A stretch of DNA of 64,000 nt from an uncultured bacterium (GCA_963732385.1 CAVSZB010000005.1:320001-384000), one strand, 5' to 3'; counted from the first letter of the stretch, positions 19,620 through 31,006 are shown. Made by a program: numbers and translations. Notes: generated from the letters alone by a model not told the origin.

Positions 19620-20423
19620 TCAGACTCCGCGCTCCGGGACCACCAGGTCCACGACCCCTTTCCGCACCAGCGTCTCGATGAACTGCGCCAGGTCCGCGGC
19701 CGCTTCGCCTGGCGGAACCTCGTATTCGGCACAAACCAAATCCGCGAGGGCGGCGAGAGATCGGCGGCCGTCGAGCGCGCGCCAGATCAGCGCGCCCGGG
19801 CCGTCGAGGATGTGGAGAATGCCGCCGGCTTCGTCGACGAGGACATCGTCGCCGTCAAGCTCGCGCAGGACGCAGCCGCGGGGCGTGGGAACCGCGGCAA
19901 GCGGCAGTTGAGAACCGGTCCGGGCAGGCTCCGGACCGGACAGACGCGCGGCGTCGGGGGGCGCCGGCTCGGACAGAAAAACGCCGAACAGGCGTCCCTT
20001 CAAGTCCCTGCGCAGATTGCGCCGCGCCGACCGGCGGGCTTCGCAACGGCCGGCGGGCGAGTCGAGATCGGCGCAGCCACCGTCCGGACGTTCGCCACCG
20101 ACAACACGACCGACGATCCGTCGGGCATCGGTCCAGGCGCCACGGAGGTTGGCGTCCCCCTTCTGGTAGACCAGGCAACGCCCCGGCAGCCGCAGCACCA
20201 GCAGCACACGATGCGCCGTCAGACTGTGACCGTCGCTGAAAACGACGATGTCGCCCGGACTGGAATCGCGCCCCCCGGATGCCTCGATCCGGATCCGACT
20301 GCCGATCGGCAGCAGCGGCGCCATGCTGCCGCTGAGCACGGGAAGCTCGACCCGTTCACCGGGAGACAGACGTCCGCGCAGCAACGCATACCAGTCGTTC
20401 AGGCCTGCATCGTTCGCGACCAC
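19620..20423 (-). CDS. Fusion of S24/S26-family peptidase and PqqD-family peptide chaperone (RRE)
   Basis: N-terminal SGSMAP, GDIVVF, AHRV, KGD; C-terminal L...GALIWRALDGRRS......L.AEYEV...EA.ADL..F...L...G. Confidence 0.75.
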   Translation of the reverse strand: MVANDAGLNDWYALLRGRLSPGERVELPVLSGSMAPLLPIGSRIRIEASGGRDSSPGDIVVFSDGHSLTAHRVLLVLRLPGRCLVYQKGDANLRGAWTDARRIVGRVVGGERPDGGCADLDSPAGRCEARRSARRNLRRDLKGRLFGVFLSEPAPPDAARLSGPEPARTGSQLPLAAVPTPRGCVLRELDGDDVLVDEAGGILHILDGPGALIWRALDGRRSLAALADLVCAEYEVPPGEAAADLAQFIETLVRKGVVDLVVPERGV

Positions 20424-20424
20424 C

Positions 20425-21425
20425 CTAGCGGTCGCCCCGCAAAAGCCCCCCGAGCGGCCCGAGGATCGAGCCCTCCTCGCTGTGACCGCCCTGCTGCGGC
20501 GCCGCCGCGAGCATGCGGCCGGCCAGGCGCGAGAACGGCAGGCTCTGCAGCCAGACGCGGCCCGGGCCGGTCAAGCGCACGAAGAACACGCCTTCGCCGC
20601 CGAACAGCATGGTCTTGAGGCCGCCCGCCTGCTCCACGTCGTAGGTGACCGTATCGGTGAGCGCGGCGAGACAGCCGGTATCGACGTGCAGCACCTCGCC
20701 CGGCCCGAGCTGGCGCTCGACCACCGTGCCGCCGGCGTGCACGAACACCCAGCCGTCCCCCTCGAGCTTCTGCATGATGAAGCCCTCGCCGCCGAACAGG
20801 CCGGTCAGGATCTTGCGCTGGAACGCGATCCCGATCGATACCCCCTTGGCGGCGGCCAGGAAACTGTCCTTCTGGCAGATCAGGCGTCCGCCGACCTCGC
20901 TCAAACGGATCGGCAGGATCGTGCCGGGAAACGGCGCCGCGAATGCCACGTGCCCCTTGCCGGAGCCGCGGTGCGTGTAAGCGGTGATGAAGAGCGACTC
21001 GCCGGTCAGCAGCCGCTTGCCGGCTCCCACCAGCTTGTCCATGAAACCGCCCTGCTGACGGGCGGAGCCGTCGCCGAAGACGGTCTCCATCTGGATGACC
21101 TGGTCCTTGTACATCATGGCGCCGGCCTCGGCGACCGCGCTCTCGCCCGGATCGAGCTCCACCTCGACGTACTGCATCTCCTGGCCGCGGATCTGGAAGT
21201 CGATCTCGTCGGCGCGGGGCGCGTAGCCCGCGGCGGGCTGCGGCGGCGCGCCCGGCGTGCCGGCAGGGGCGCCGCCCTGCAGTTCGCCCACCTGCGAGGC
21301 CATCACCCAGTTGGCCCAGCCGGCTCGCCAGCAGAAGGCCTTGGGGTTCTGGCGGGCGAAGACCGCCGCCGCCTCGGCATCCAACGGACCGGTCTGCTTG
21401 CCGTCGATGGAAAAATACCACTGGC

Positions 21426-21429
<4 letters not shown>
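20425..21429 (-). CDS. AIM24/TIGR00266 family protein with N-terminal GYF_2-like domain
   Basis: WY...DG.Q.GP...W..GW.NW N-terminus; AEAGAMM, LLTGESLF, FGGEGF, WLQSLPF. Confidence 0.85.
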
Positions 21430-22058
<629 letters not shown>

Positions 22059-22180
22059 CGTTCTCGTCCCTCCCGCGTCGGAAACCGTCCCAATACCCGC
22101 CCCCCATCCCAGCTATTCATACTCTCCCCACCACTTCTGCCCGCCGCCGTTGCCCGGGCCCTGGAGCCGCACCGGAGCGG

Positions 22181-22285
22181 GGGGGACGGCGGGCTCCCGA
22201 AGCGCGCGTCCGCACAGAGACTGCGCGCCCGCCCCGGGCGCGCTGGCTCTGTGCGCCAGCGCGCGCAGGGAGCCCGCCGTCCCCC
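22181..22285. repeat. ~105-nt nested inverted repeat
   Basis: Perfect 18-bp outer arms GGGGGACGGCGGGCTCCC / GGGAGCCCGCCGTCCCCC plus three inner stems. Confidence 0.85.
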
Positions 22286-23769
22286 TACTCCGAGTACGCC
22301 TCCACCACCCGGGCAATCTGCCGGGCGCAAGCCGCGCAGAACGGCTTGATCCCCTTGCTGAACATGATGCAGTCGGTCTGCGAGCGGTAGAGCCCTTCCG
22401 AGGAGTAGCCGGCCCCCTCGTAGGCGCCCGGCCGGCCGGCCCACGCGCTGCGCGCCAGATAGGCGTCGACCTTCTTCGCGTGCTCCAGCGAACGGTCCTC
22501 GGATTCCGCCTTCAGCCGCTCCACCTCGTCGGCCGGGGCGCCGGCGCGCATGCGGGTCGAGATCCGATCGTTCAACTCGCCGCGCAGCTTCTGGTAGGCG
22601 TTGTCCATCTCGTCGAAGCCGGCCTTCTCCCACGGCGTCGGGATCGGCGTGCCGGCCGCGACCAGATCGCGCCACTTCAGGTTCGCCGGATCGAGCAGCG
22701 CCGTGATGTTCGCCTCGACCGGCTCCACGTCGCGCGGATAGAAGTCATTGTAGGCTGTCGACGAGGTGTAATATTCGTCGGCCAGACCGGCGAAGGCGTG
22801 GCCGAACTCGTGCAGGAAGACGTATTCGCTCCACTGGTTGTCGCTGACGAACGTGCAGAAGAGGTTGTAGATTCCGCCGCCGCCGTAGCGCGCCTGGTTG
22901 ACCATGATATAGAGGACGTCGTACGGCGCGTGCGCGGCGACGTCCCGCATCGCCCGGTTGTCCTCGGTGAGCAGGTAGCGCTCGGAGCCGAGCGAATCGA
23001 AGGTCGTGCCGAGCGCGGTGTTGCGGTGGAGGCCGCGGCTCGGCTCGTCGCAGCCGCTCTCCTGCGACGGCTTGAAGACGCCCCAGACGTTGAAGCGGCC
23101 GGCCAGCGAGGCGAATGGCTCCTGGCCGAGCAGCGTCCGCGTGAAGCGGGCCAGGTCGGCGCGGAACTTCCCCTCTTCCGCCGCCGTGTACCCCTCGGCC
23201 AGGATGGCGACGTCCACCATCGCGTGCGGGTCGCCGTGGCGGGCCGCCTCCACCACCGTCACTCCGGACGGCAGCGGATCGCGCCGCACGCTCCAGGCTT
23301 CGGGATCGATCTCGACGGCGAGCAGCTCGCGGCGTTCGCCGTCGCGCCCCCGCGCCTCGAGCGTGAAGCGGACCTTCGCCTTCGGCAGCGGCATCAGCAC
23401 CGACTCATGGTAGGTGCGCCGGACCCCCTGGCCGGCGGCGTCGGTCGTGCGGTACTCGCCGAAGTACGAGTCGAAGCCGCGGCTGAACAGCAGCGCGCCG
23501 GTGGCCGCGTCGTACGCCCGCGCCTCGTAGACGCCAACGCCGAGCCGGTCGATCAGGTGGCGCCGGCTGCCGGCCCAGGTCCCCTGCCGCCACAGCTGGT
23601 CGAGCGTGGCGAACTCCTCCTGCGCGTTGCCGGTGTGGTAGTAGTCGACGCGCAGCGTCTCGTCGCGGAAGCAGGCGTCGAAGGCGGGATCGGCGGGCGC
23701 CGGCGCCGCCCAGGCGCTTAGCGGGACGAGTACGGAGAACAGCAGGATCGGCAGTCGGCAGCGCAGCAT
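22285..23769 (-). CDS. Secreted peptidase M64 (IgA peptidase family)
   Basis: Start MLRCRL with signal peptide; TLRVDYYH.G, AEGYT, YGGGGIY, HEFGH..GLADEY, YEG.GY, CIM. Confidence 0.9.
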   Translation of the reverse strand: MLRCRLPILLFSVLVPLSAWAAPAPADPAFDACFRDETLRVDYYHTGNAQEEFATLDQLWRQGTWAGSRRHLIDRLGVGVYEARAYDAATGALLFSRGFDSYFGEYRTTDAAGQGVRRTYHESVLMPLPKAKVRFTLEARGRDGERRELLAVEIDPEAWSVRRDPLPSGVTVVEAARHGDPHAMVDVAILAEGYTAAEEGKFRADLARFTRTLLGQEPFASLAGRFNVWGVFKPSQESGCDEPSRGLHRNTALGTTFDSLGSERYLLTEDNRAMRDVAAHAPYDVLYIMVNQARYGGGGIYNLFCTFVSDNQWSEYVFLHEFGHAFAGLADEYYTSSTAYNDFYPRDVEPVEANITALLDPANLKWRDLVAAGTPIPTPWEKAGFDEMDNAYQKLRGELNDRISTRMRAGAPADEVERLKAESEDRSLEHAKKVDAYLARSAWAGRPGAYEGAGYSSEGLYRSQTDCIMFSKGIKPFCAACARQIARVVEAYSE

Positions 23770-23882
23770 GGCATGCTCCTCGGCGTGACGGAACCGGAAA
23801 GATCGAACGTGCGGAGAGTAGACCCCCGCCGGTCGTCGAGCAACGTCCCGGCTGCTCCGGGGGCCGCTGCCGCCCGGCGGCA

Positions 23883-24731
23883 TCACAGCGTCGGCGGCCC
23901 CAGCACCTCGATCTGGTACGGCAGGATCCGCCCCCGCAGGAGGCTCCCGTCGGCCGCAAAGCTCTCCAGGCGCCGCAGCGGCGAACGGCGCAGCACCGTT
24001 TTCCACTGACGCTCGTCGTAGCAGCGCAGATCGTAGGCGTCGTCGCGGTGCTCCTCGCCACCGCGCACAGCGACGACGAGATGACTGATCACGCGCTCGC
24101 GGCGCGCGCGTCCGGCGGCCGCGTCGGGCGGCAGATAAGTGGCCAGCTGCGTCACTTTCAGGCCGCCGCGTCGCGCCGTCCAGACGTCCTCGTCGGGCGC
24201 TTCTTCGCCGTATCGCGTGAGGCTCAGCCCGACGGCGTAGACCGCCCCGCGCCGCAGCACCCGCGCCACCTGGTCGAGGTGCTCTAGCAGCGCCGCGTCC
24301 GACGGCAGGTGCCGGAGCGTGTTGAGGGTGCAGAACGCGAAGTCGATGGAGGCTGGCGCCACGGCGTCGGCAAAGTCGGTCAGTTCGGCGTGGAAGACGT
24401 GCGCGCGCCGCCCGAGTCCGCGTCGCACGATCGCCTCGCGCGCGTAGGCGACCATGGCGGGCTCGCGGTCGAACCCGATCGCGCGCAATCCCCGCGCTGC
24501 CGCCAGACGCAGCAGCCGGCCGGTGCCGCAGGCCGGTTCCAGCCAGCGCGGCGCGGTCGGCGATGGCTTCTTCGTGACCAGCCAGGGCGCCCGCGCCGGC
24601 GGCCAGGTGCACCGCCGCGCCACCCGGTACAGCGCGTCGAGCTCGCGCGCCGTACCGGGCGTCAGCAGCGTGTCGTAGACCGCGGGGTCTTCGTAGAGAC
24701 GACGGGACTCGTCCGCCGGACGCGCGCTCAT
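23883..24731 (-). CDS. Class I SAM-dependent methyltransferase
   Basis: LEPACGTGR motif I, GFD, L..GAVY. Confidence 0.85.
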   Translation of the reverse strand: MSARPADESRRLYEDPAVYDTLLTPGTARELDALYRVARRCTWPPARAPWLVTKKPSPTAPRWLEPACGTGRLLRLAAARGLRAIGFDREPAMVAYAREAIVRRGLGRRAHVFHAELTDFADAVAPASIDFAFCTLNTLRHLPSDAALLEHLDQVARVLRRGAVYAVGLSLTRYGEEAPDEDVWTARRGGLKVTQLATYLPPDAAAGRARRERVISHLVVAVRGGEEHRDDAYDLRCYDERQWKTVLRRSPLRRLESFAADGSLLRGRILPYQIEVLGPPTL

Positions 24732-24738
24732 CGGGCCG

Positions 24739-25212
24739 CTAGAAGAACGTCAGGCCGACGGTGAGCTTGCCGTCCGGGGAATCGGCGACGCCGAACTTGA
24801 CCTCGAAGAACAGCTCGTTGCCGCCGGAAAGCCCGCGGTAGGCCCCGCCGACCAGGTTCAACCCCAGCTCCGTGTCGCTGTTGTCGCCAATGCGGTCCGA
24901 GTCCCAGCTATAGAAGTTGATGCCCAGGCCGCCGCCGGCATAGAAGCCCCAGTCGGCGCCGCGGGCCCGCTCGAAGCGATACAACAGCTCGGGGTTGAGC
25001 GCGACGAGCGTCAGGTTGTCGCCGAAGCCGATCTCGATGTTCGGCACGAAGTAGGCGTGCGGAAACATCTCGCCCGCGTAGAGGTGCCCGCCGACATGCA
25101 CCTGATCCGGATCGAAGGTGATGCCGCCGCGGATGCCTCCCGACACGTCGCCGGCAACGGCTGAGGTGGAGACCAGGGACAAAGCGACCATGAGCACGGC
25201 GATCGTCTTCAT
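24739..25212 (-). CDS. Small outer membrane beta-barrel protein
   Basis: Signal peptide MKTIAV, FYAGGGLG, LGLNLVGG, FFEVK, C-terminal Phe. Confidence 0.75.
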   Translation of the reverse strand: MKTIAVLMVALSLVSTSAVAGDVSGGIRGGITFDPDQVHVGGHLYAGEMFPHAYFVPNIEIGFGDNLTLVALNPELLYRFERARGADWGFYAGGGLGINFYSWDSDRIGDNSDTELGLNLVGGAYRGLSGGNELFFEVKFGVADSPDGKLTVGLTFF

Positions 25213-25326
25213 ATTCACGGCTCCTCCGGGTTGGGAAGGGTCTACAACGCGCGCAGGCCGGGGGAAGTTTCGCCGAAAGCGGCCCGTGCTGCAAGCAGAG
25301 CGGTCGCGCCGCCGGCCGCGGGACAC

Positions 25327-26589
25327 TCACGCGGCAGCTGTATCCGCTCCCCGCGGACGTCCGCCGCGCGCCAGGGCCAGCCAGACCGCCGCCAGCAGGG
25401 CGAGCCCCGCCTCCAGCGCCAGTGGCACACGGCCCGAGCCGGTGGCATCCCACAGCCAGCCGATGGCGAAGCTGGTCGGGATCAGCGCGAGTCCTTCCAC
25501 CATCCCGAGCAGTCCGAAGGCGCGGCCGCGCGCCGCCGACGGCACGAGGTCGGCCACGTACGCTTTCGCCACCCCCTCGGTGGCGCCGAAAAAGATGCCG
25601 TAGGCGGCGAACAGCAGCCATGTCGCCCACGCTGCCGTCAGCCAGGCGAAGGCGCCGTAGACCAGCGCGTACAGCACCCACCCGATCAGCAGCACCGGGC
25701 GCCGCCCCACGCGGTCCGACAGCCCGCCGCCCCACAACGACGTCACGCTCTTGACCACGTGCAGCAGCGCCCACGCCAACGGCGCCATCAGCAGCGGCAG
25801 CCCCATCTCCCGCGCCCGCAAAATCAGGAACGCGTCGCTGGAGTTCGCCAGCGCGAACAGGACGGCCGCCACCAGGTAGAAGCGGAACTCCCGGCTCAGC
25901 GGCGCCGGCGCGGTCGCCCCGCCGCCGTCCGCGGTCCGCACGCCTCCCGCCGCCCGCCGCGCGGGATCGTCGCGCACGAACAGGGCGATGACCAGCAGCG
26001 CCAGGAAACCGGGGATCGCCGAAAGCATGATCGCCAGGCGCAGATCCACGCCAACCACCCGCAGAAGCAGGAACCCGGCCAGCCCGCCCGCCACCGCGCC
26101 GGCGTGGTCCATCGCGCGCTGGTAGCCGAAGGCGCGTCCCCGCTGCCCGCCGGCGAAATCGGCCACGACCGCGTCGCGCGGCGCGCCGCGGATCCCCTTG
26201 CCGATCTTGTCGAGCAGCCGCAACCCGAGCACTCCGGTCGCCGACTGCGCCAGCCCGAGGAACGGCTTCACCGATGACGACAGCAGATAGCCGGCGAAGA
26301 TCAGCCCCTTGCGGCTGCGCGCCCGATCGGCCAGCGCGCCCGACCACAGCCTGACGATCGACGGCATCCCCTCGGCCAGCCCCTCGATCAGTCCGAAGGT
26401 GCGCCGCGACGCCCGGAGCGTGCCGGTAATGAAATCGGGCAGCAGCGGATAGATCAGCTCACTGCCGAGATCGGTGAAAAACGAAACCCAGCCGGTGGCG
26501 CGGACGACCGGGTGCAGCGGCGCCGCAGCCGGGACCGCGCGCGCGGAAGCATCGCGAGACTCGGAATCCGCGGGGTCGCGCCGGCTCAT
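25327..26589 (-). CDS. MFS transporter
   Basis: SFFTD..SELIYPLLP, GALADR, DKIGKGIRGAPRDA, LSDRVGRR, ~12 TMs; GAGGAG RBS. Confidence 0.9.
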   Translation of the reverse strand: MSRRDPADSESRDASARAVPAAAPLHPVVRATGWVSFFTDLGSELIYPLLPDFITGTLRASRRTFGLIEGLAEGMPSIVRLWSGALADRARSRKGLIFAGYLLSSSVKPFLGLAQSATGVLGLRLLDKIGKGIRGAPRDAVVADFAGGQRGRAFGYQRAMDHAGAVAGGLAGFLLLRVVGVDLRLAIMLSAIPGFLALLVIALFVRDDPARRAAGGVRTADGGGATAPAPLSREFRFYLVAAVLFALANSSDAFLILRAREMGLPLLMAPLAWALLHVVKSVTSLWGGGLSDRVGRRPVLLIGWVLYALVYGAFAWLTAAWATWLLFAAYGIFFGATEGVAKAYVADLVPSAARGRAFGLLGMVEGLALIPTSFAIGWLWDATGSGRVPLALEAGLALLAAVWLALARGGRPRGADTAAA

Positions 26590-26777
26590 GGACATCTCCT
26601 CGCGAGTGTGCTGCCGCCCCTCGCTGACCGGCTCATGATCCTCGACCTTGTCGGCATGGCCGCCTGGCTGCGAGCGAAGCATCCCGACGACTGGCCGGAG
26701 TTGATGGACTTCAGAGAACAGAGACTTTGGTTGCTCTACCCTGTCAGGGAACATGAACCCGGATGATATTGCCTCCG

Positions 26778-27926
26778 CTATTCCCCTCTGTTGCGGTCAG
26801 CGCCGACCAGGAGGATCCGCGAACCGACATTATGAAAAAATTCGCGCGACCACACCGTCAAGGCGTCCGCATCCTTGACGAAGGGCGCGACGTCCTGCCT
26901 GGCGGACGTCACGTCGAGGTCGTGCGTTTTTTGCGCCAACCGCTCCCGGAAGAGACCTTCGGTCAGTACGCTGCCAGCAGAAAGATGCCCGCTCTGGCGC
27001 ATACGAGCAGCAAGGTGTCCAAGATCGAGCGGGGTCCCCTTCGCTACCAACCAAACGAAATCATACCAATCCCGCCCTTTGACCCGGGATTGCCACTGGC
27101 GGCACAGAACGGCGTGCATCTTGCCGGCAAAAAGGCACGCCGGTGTGAATGTGCGCACGGAAAAAGGAATGGGCTGCAGCAGGAAGCGCGATTCCGTCGC
27201 AAAACCGCCGGGCGGATTCGTGTCGACCTCCAGGCGGATCTTCAGGAGGCTGCCCTTGGGAATCGCTCTGACAATTTCTTCGTCCGTGGTGACGACCAAC
27301 ACTTCCCGATAGGTGTCGGCCTTCAGGAAAGCCGACTGCACCGCGCTGGGGCGCGTTTTTTCTTTTCTCTGGACACTGACCGTGAAACCGAAAGCCAGCA
27401 GCTCCTTCTCCAGCGCGCGGCCGTAAGCACCCAGATCGAAGTCCGGCGTTGCCGCCAGCAGAGAAAAATCCATGTCTTCGGAATAGCGATCCAGGCCGTG
27501 CAGGACGCGCAGAGACGTTCCCCGTAGAAGGCCGATTTCTCGAAGAACTTGCTCCGCCACAGGCCGAGCAGGACAATCTCCTGCATGATTTCACGCAAAG
27601 CATTGGTGTAGTCGGCGGAATAATGTTAAATTTTTGTTTAGAAAATTATAGTTTTAAAAATACGCTGGCGCGTTTTTTCTTTTCTCTGGACACTGACGTG
27701 AAAGAAAGCAGCAGCTCCTTCTAGCGCGCGGGTAAGCACCAGATGAATCCGTTGCGACTAGGACGCGCAGAGACGTTCCCCCGTAGAAGGCCGATTTCTC
27801 GAAGAACTTGCTCCGCCACAGGCCGAGCAGGACAATCTCCTGCATGATTTCACGCAAAGCATTGGTGTAGTCGGCGGAAGTTTGACAGTTGTAACGCGCC
27901 ATCATGCTGGCCACCGCTTCATGCAT
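26778..27926 (-). pseudogene. AbiEii-family nucleotidyltransferase toxin, interrupted by an internal tandem duplication and indels (likely assembly artefact)
   Basis: Pieces reassemble to MHEAV...REIMQEIVL...FYGGTSLR..HGLDRYSEDMDFS...K.HA.L.R....RVKGRDWYDF. Confidence 0.8.
27343..27879. repeat. Imperfect tandem duplication with an AT-rich spacer
   Basis: 27521-27620 is nearly identical to 27780-27879. 27663-27779 is a deletion-riddled copy of 27343-27520. The spacer 27621-27660 is almost pure A/T. Confidence 0.9.
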
Positions 27927-28585
27927 GGGCCAGACCTCCTCCAGATTTCTGCAGGCGCTCGACCACCGATGCGAGCAGACGAATCTTCCTGGAACGGTAG
28001 CGCTCGGCATAGTCCCTGAGCAGGTCTGCCCGCAGGGATCGGGTTGTCGCGGGGTCGATTCTCAGATCTTCATCCAGGTAAGCCCGGATGTCTCCCTGAG
28101 TGCGCATGGCCGACTTGTCCGCATATAGCTTGTCGGCCAGGGCCTTTTCGGGTACGGCCAGCTACAAGATAGGTTCGGCCCAGCCCGACCTCGACGCGCG
28201 CCACGCCGGACCGGAAAGCGGCCAGCGGCACAGCTCGATAGGTGAACCGGCCGAGTGGGGTGGAGAATTCCCGGGACCGGCTGACAGTAACGGAGGTCAC
28301 CGTCTCGACACGTTCCGGAATGATACCGTGATGTTGAAGGGCGTACTCGAGGGAGACGTAGGATGGGCCGTAGATGAGATTGGCCAGGATTTCTTTGTGG
28401 ACCGGTGTGCGTCGTTCGTTCTCGCCAAAGACATACAGGCCCTTCTTGACGCGGATGATCGTGCCCTGGCCCAGCAGCCTGGTGATGCGATCGCGGGGAT
28501 ACTTGTAGTCGCCAAGGGCGGTCAGGAGGGTTTGGTAGTCGAACTCCTCGTAGGGGATTTGGCGGGTGAGGGACTGGGTGGGCAT
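27919..28585 (-). CDS. AbiEi-like antitoxin (type IV TA), one frameshift near 28160
   Basis: IIRVKKGLYV, ANLIYGPSYVSLEYAL..HG.IPE.V..VTS; PEKALAD continues in another frame and ends overlapping the toxin start. Confidence 0.75.
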
Positions 28586-28746
28586 TGGAGGCTCCGGATT
28601 TTTATGTCCCATAATGCCAGTATGTCGATGTTTGGTCGACTTACTTAGTTAAAATATAGTATTTTTGGGGGCTGTCAATGCGTTTGTTGGTTGGCTTTTC
28701 CTGGCCCGGTAAGCCAGGGCGAAAGCTGACAATGGCCAAACACGAG

Positions 28747-28770
28747 GGCCCCGGGCAGATGCCCGGGGCC
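28747..28770. terminator. GC-rich hairpin downstream of the M1 peptidase gene
   Basis: GGCCCCGGGCA-ga-TGCCCGGGGCC. Confidence 0.55.
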
Positions 28771-28798
28771 TTTCCTTAGGGAATCAGCTGCTCTGCGC

Positions 28799-30836
28799 TT
28801 ACCGCACCAGAGTCATCGTCTTCTTCAGGAGCAGATCCTCTCCGCGCAGCACGGCGAAGTAAATGCCAGAGGCGACGGCCTGGCCGCTGCGGTCGGTGCC
28901 GTTCCAGCGTACAGAGTTATCCCCGGCGGGCATTTCGCCCAGCGCCAGACTCTGCACCAGCTGTCCGCGCACGTCGTAGACCGTCAGTTCGATCGACATG
29001 GCGCGGGGCAGCGTGAAGCAGACCTCGGTGGCCGGGTTGAAGGGGTTGGGCACGTTGGCCAGGTGCTCGTTCGGTATTATTACCGCCGGGGTTTGCGACG
29101 ATAAGTTCCTTCTCGCAGAGCACCCAGTTTTCCGGATCGAGATTCAGGTCAAGAACCTGGCCGGGTACGGTGAAGGAATAGGACTCCACCTGCTCGCTGT
29201 TGTCGACGACGAAGGTCTGCTCGCCCAGATCCGTCGTAATCAGAACATCGAGCGGCATGGTGAACAGTCCGGTTCTGGCCTGAGTCTGCTCGATGCTCAG
29301 AGCGACCCCGCTCTCCTCGCCAACTGGCGACGAGGACCAGGAATAGGCATAGACGGGATAGTATTCCCCGTAGATCCACTGCTGGAAGAAGGCGCTCAGA
29401 TCCTTCCCTGAGGCGGCTTCCATCACGGCCTGGAACTGCTCGGTGGTCACGCTGGAGTGGGCGTAGGTTTGTAGATACAGGCGCAGCCCAGCGAAGAAAT
29501 CCTCCTCGCCCAACACATGGCGCAGCATATGGATGACCCAGGCGCCCTTGTAATAAACGAGATCGATGTCCCAGATTTTCGATTCGACGTCGGTGTTTTC
29601 AACATAGATGGTGCCGTTCCCCAGGTATTTATAGCTATCCATATAATAATTGTAACTGCTCGAGCTATAATAATATCCGGCCCAAAAAGCCTCGAACCAT
29701 TCCGCGATACCTTCATTCAGCCACAGGTGGTGGAAGTCGGCGGTGACCATGTCGCCGAACCATTGGTGAACAAGTTCGTGGGCGTAGAAGGCGGAATATC
29801 CGCTGGTATTCGCCACGCAGATTATGCTCGCGCAGGTCTGGTGCTCCATGCCGCCGCCCCACGTGAAGTGGGCGTGGCCATATTTCTCGGCGATGAAGGG
29901 GTAGGGGCCGAAGAGCTGCTCGGAGAGCGCCATGATGTCCTTGACAACACCGTACCCACCCAGCACGTCGTCCGAATAGGCCGGGAAGGTGTAGTACATC
30001 AAAGGCATGGATCGGCCATCGACCGCATGGTAGGTGTCTTCTGTGATCACGTAGGGATAAATGGCCAGGGAAACCAGGTAGGGCGCGATGGGATAGGATT
30101 CGTGCCAGTGGTACGTCGAACGGCCGGTTTCAGTGACCGTCACCCCTCGCAAGCTCCCATTGCTCACCACGTACAGAGGGTCGGTCACGGTCACGTGCAG
30201 GGACACCGAATCGGCCTTGTCCGAATTCAGGTCCTTGCAGGGCCACCAGTAGGATGATCCCAGACATTCGCTCAAGGTCCAGATCATGGGCTGGTCGTCG
30301 AAGGTGTCCCATGCGAAGTACTCGCTGGCCGGGTTGCCCTGGTAATCCACCTCGATGGTCACCGTTTCCCCCGTCAGATAGGTCCGATCCAGGGTCACCG
30401 TCAGGATATCCTTCCGGTGGTCGTGACCCAGGACCGTTGTGCCCGCTCGAATTTCGGTTACGTCCATGGAATCCTGCAGGTTCAAATCCAGCTCGCTCAG
30501 TTCGGGACCCACTACCTGGGCGACGACCGTGACCGAGCCGGTCAACACCTTCCGGTCGTGATCCAGGTCCAGATCCAGGTCGTAGAAAGTCACATCGAAG
30601 AGTTCCATGTTCGGGGTGGCGAGGGCCTTGGCCTGCATGGCCTTGGACAGGGCTCGGGCCTTGGCCTTGGCCTCCTGCAAATGCCATTGTCCGCTTGTGA
30701 TCTGGGTGTCGAAGTTGAGATCCTGAGAAACCGGGGCCAACGGAACTGAAGCTGGGGCAGCAAGCACTGGCATCGTGGCCGCAGCGATGATCAGAAGAAG
30801 GACCTGGGCGTAACGGAAGTGTTTTGAGCGAGCCAT
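28799..30836 (-). CDS. Secreted M1 family aminopeptidase with C-terminal FlgD-Ig domain (frameshift near 29055-29105)
   Basis: Signal peptide, GGMEH, HELVH...WLNEG, YYKG; the PNPFNP...W.G.D..G..VASG.Y domain lies in the adjacent frame. Confidence 0.85.
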
Positions 30837-31006
30837 ATTAATTGACCCCCAAATGTTGAAGAGAAATTGCCTGGACGGGCGATTTCCACCTCGCTGTATC
30901 AAAAACAATACTGAATATCATATTGAGGGGTCAAGGCCCTGGACTTGTGTGACCGGTAGCTGCTTACAATCCAACAGGTGGGATATTAAGGGCGCGATCC
31001 CTGACC

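Noticed and set aside
16134..19734. Very long overlapping ORFs (923 aa on +, 1194 aa on -) and similar ones throughout the window, such as 307-2337 and 40067-43030
   Set aside because: These are shadow frames of real high-GC genes, Arg/Gly/Pro-rich with no family motifs.
26512..26766. Short + strand ORF (…MILDLVGMAAWLRAKHPDDWPEL…)
   Set aside because: No recognisable family or RBS. It may be a gene remnant at the islet edge but cannot be supported.
27621..27660. AT-rich 40-mer as a promoter, att site or CRISPR leader
   Set aside because: It lies exactly at the junction of the degraded duplication and looks like low-quality consensus. No repeat-spacer array is nearby.
29055..29105. Programmed frameshift toggling the FlgD-Ig tail of the M1 peptidase
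   Set aside because: No clear slippery heptamer is present, and neighbouring genes carry several other indels, so sequencing error is more likely.
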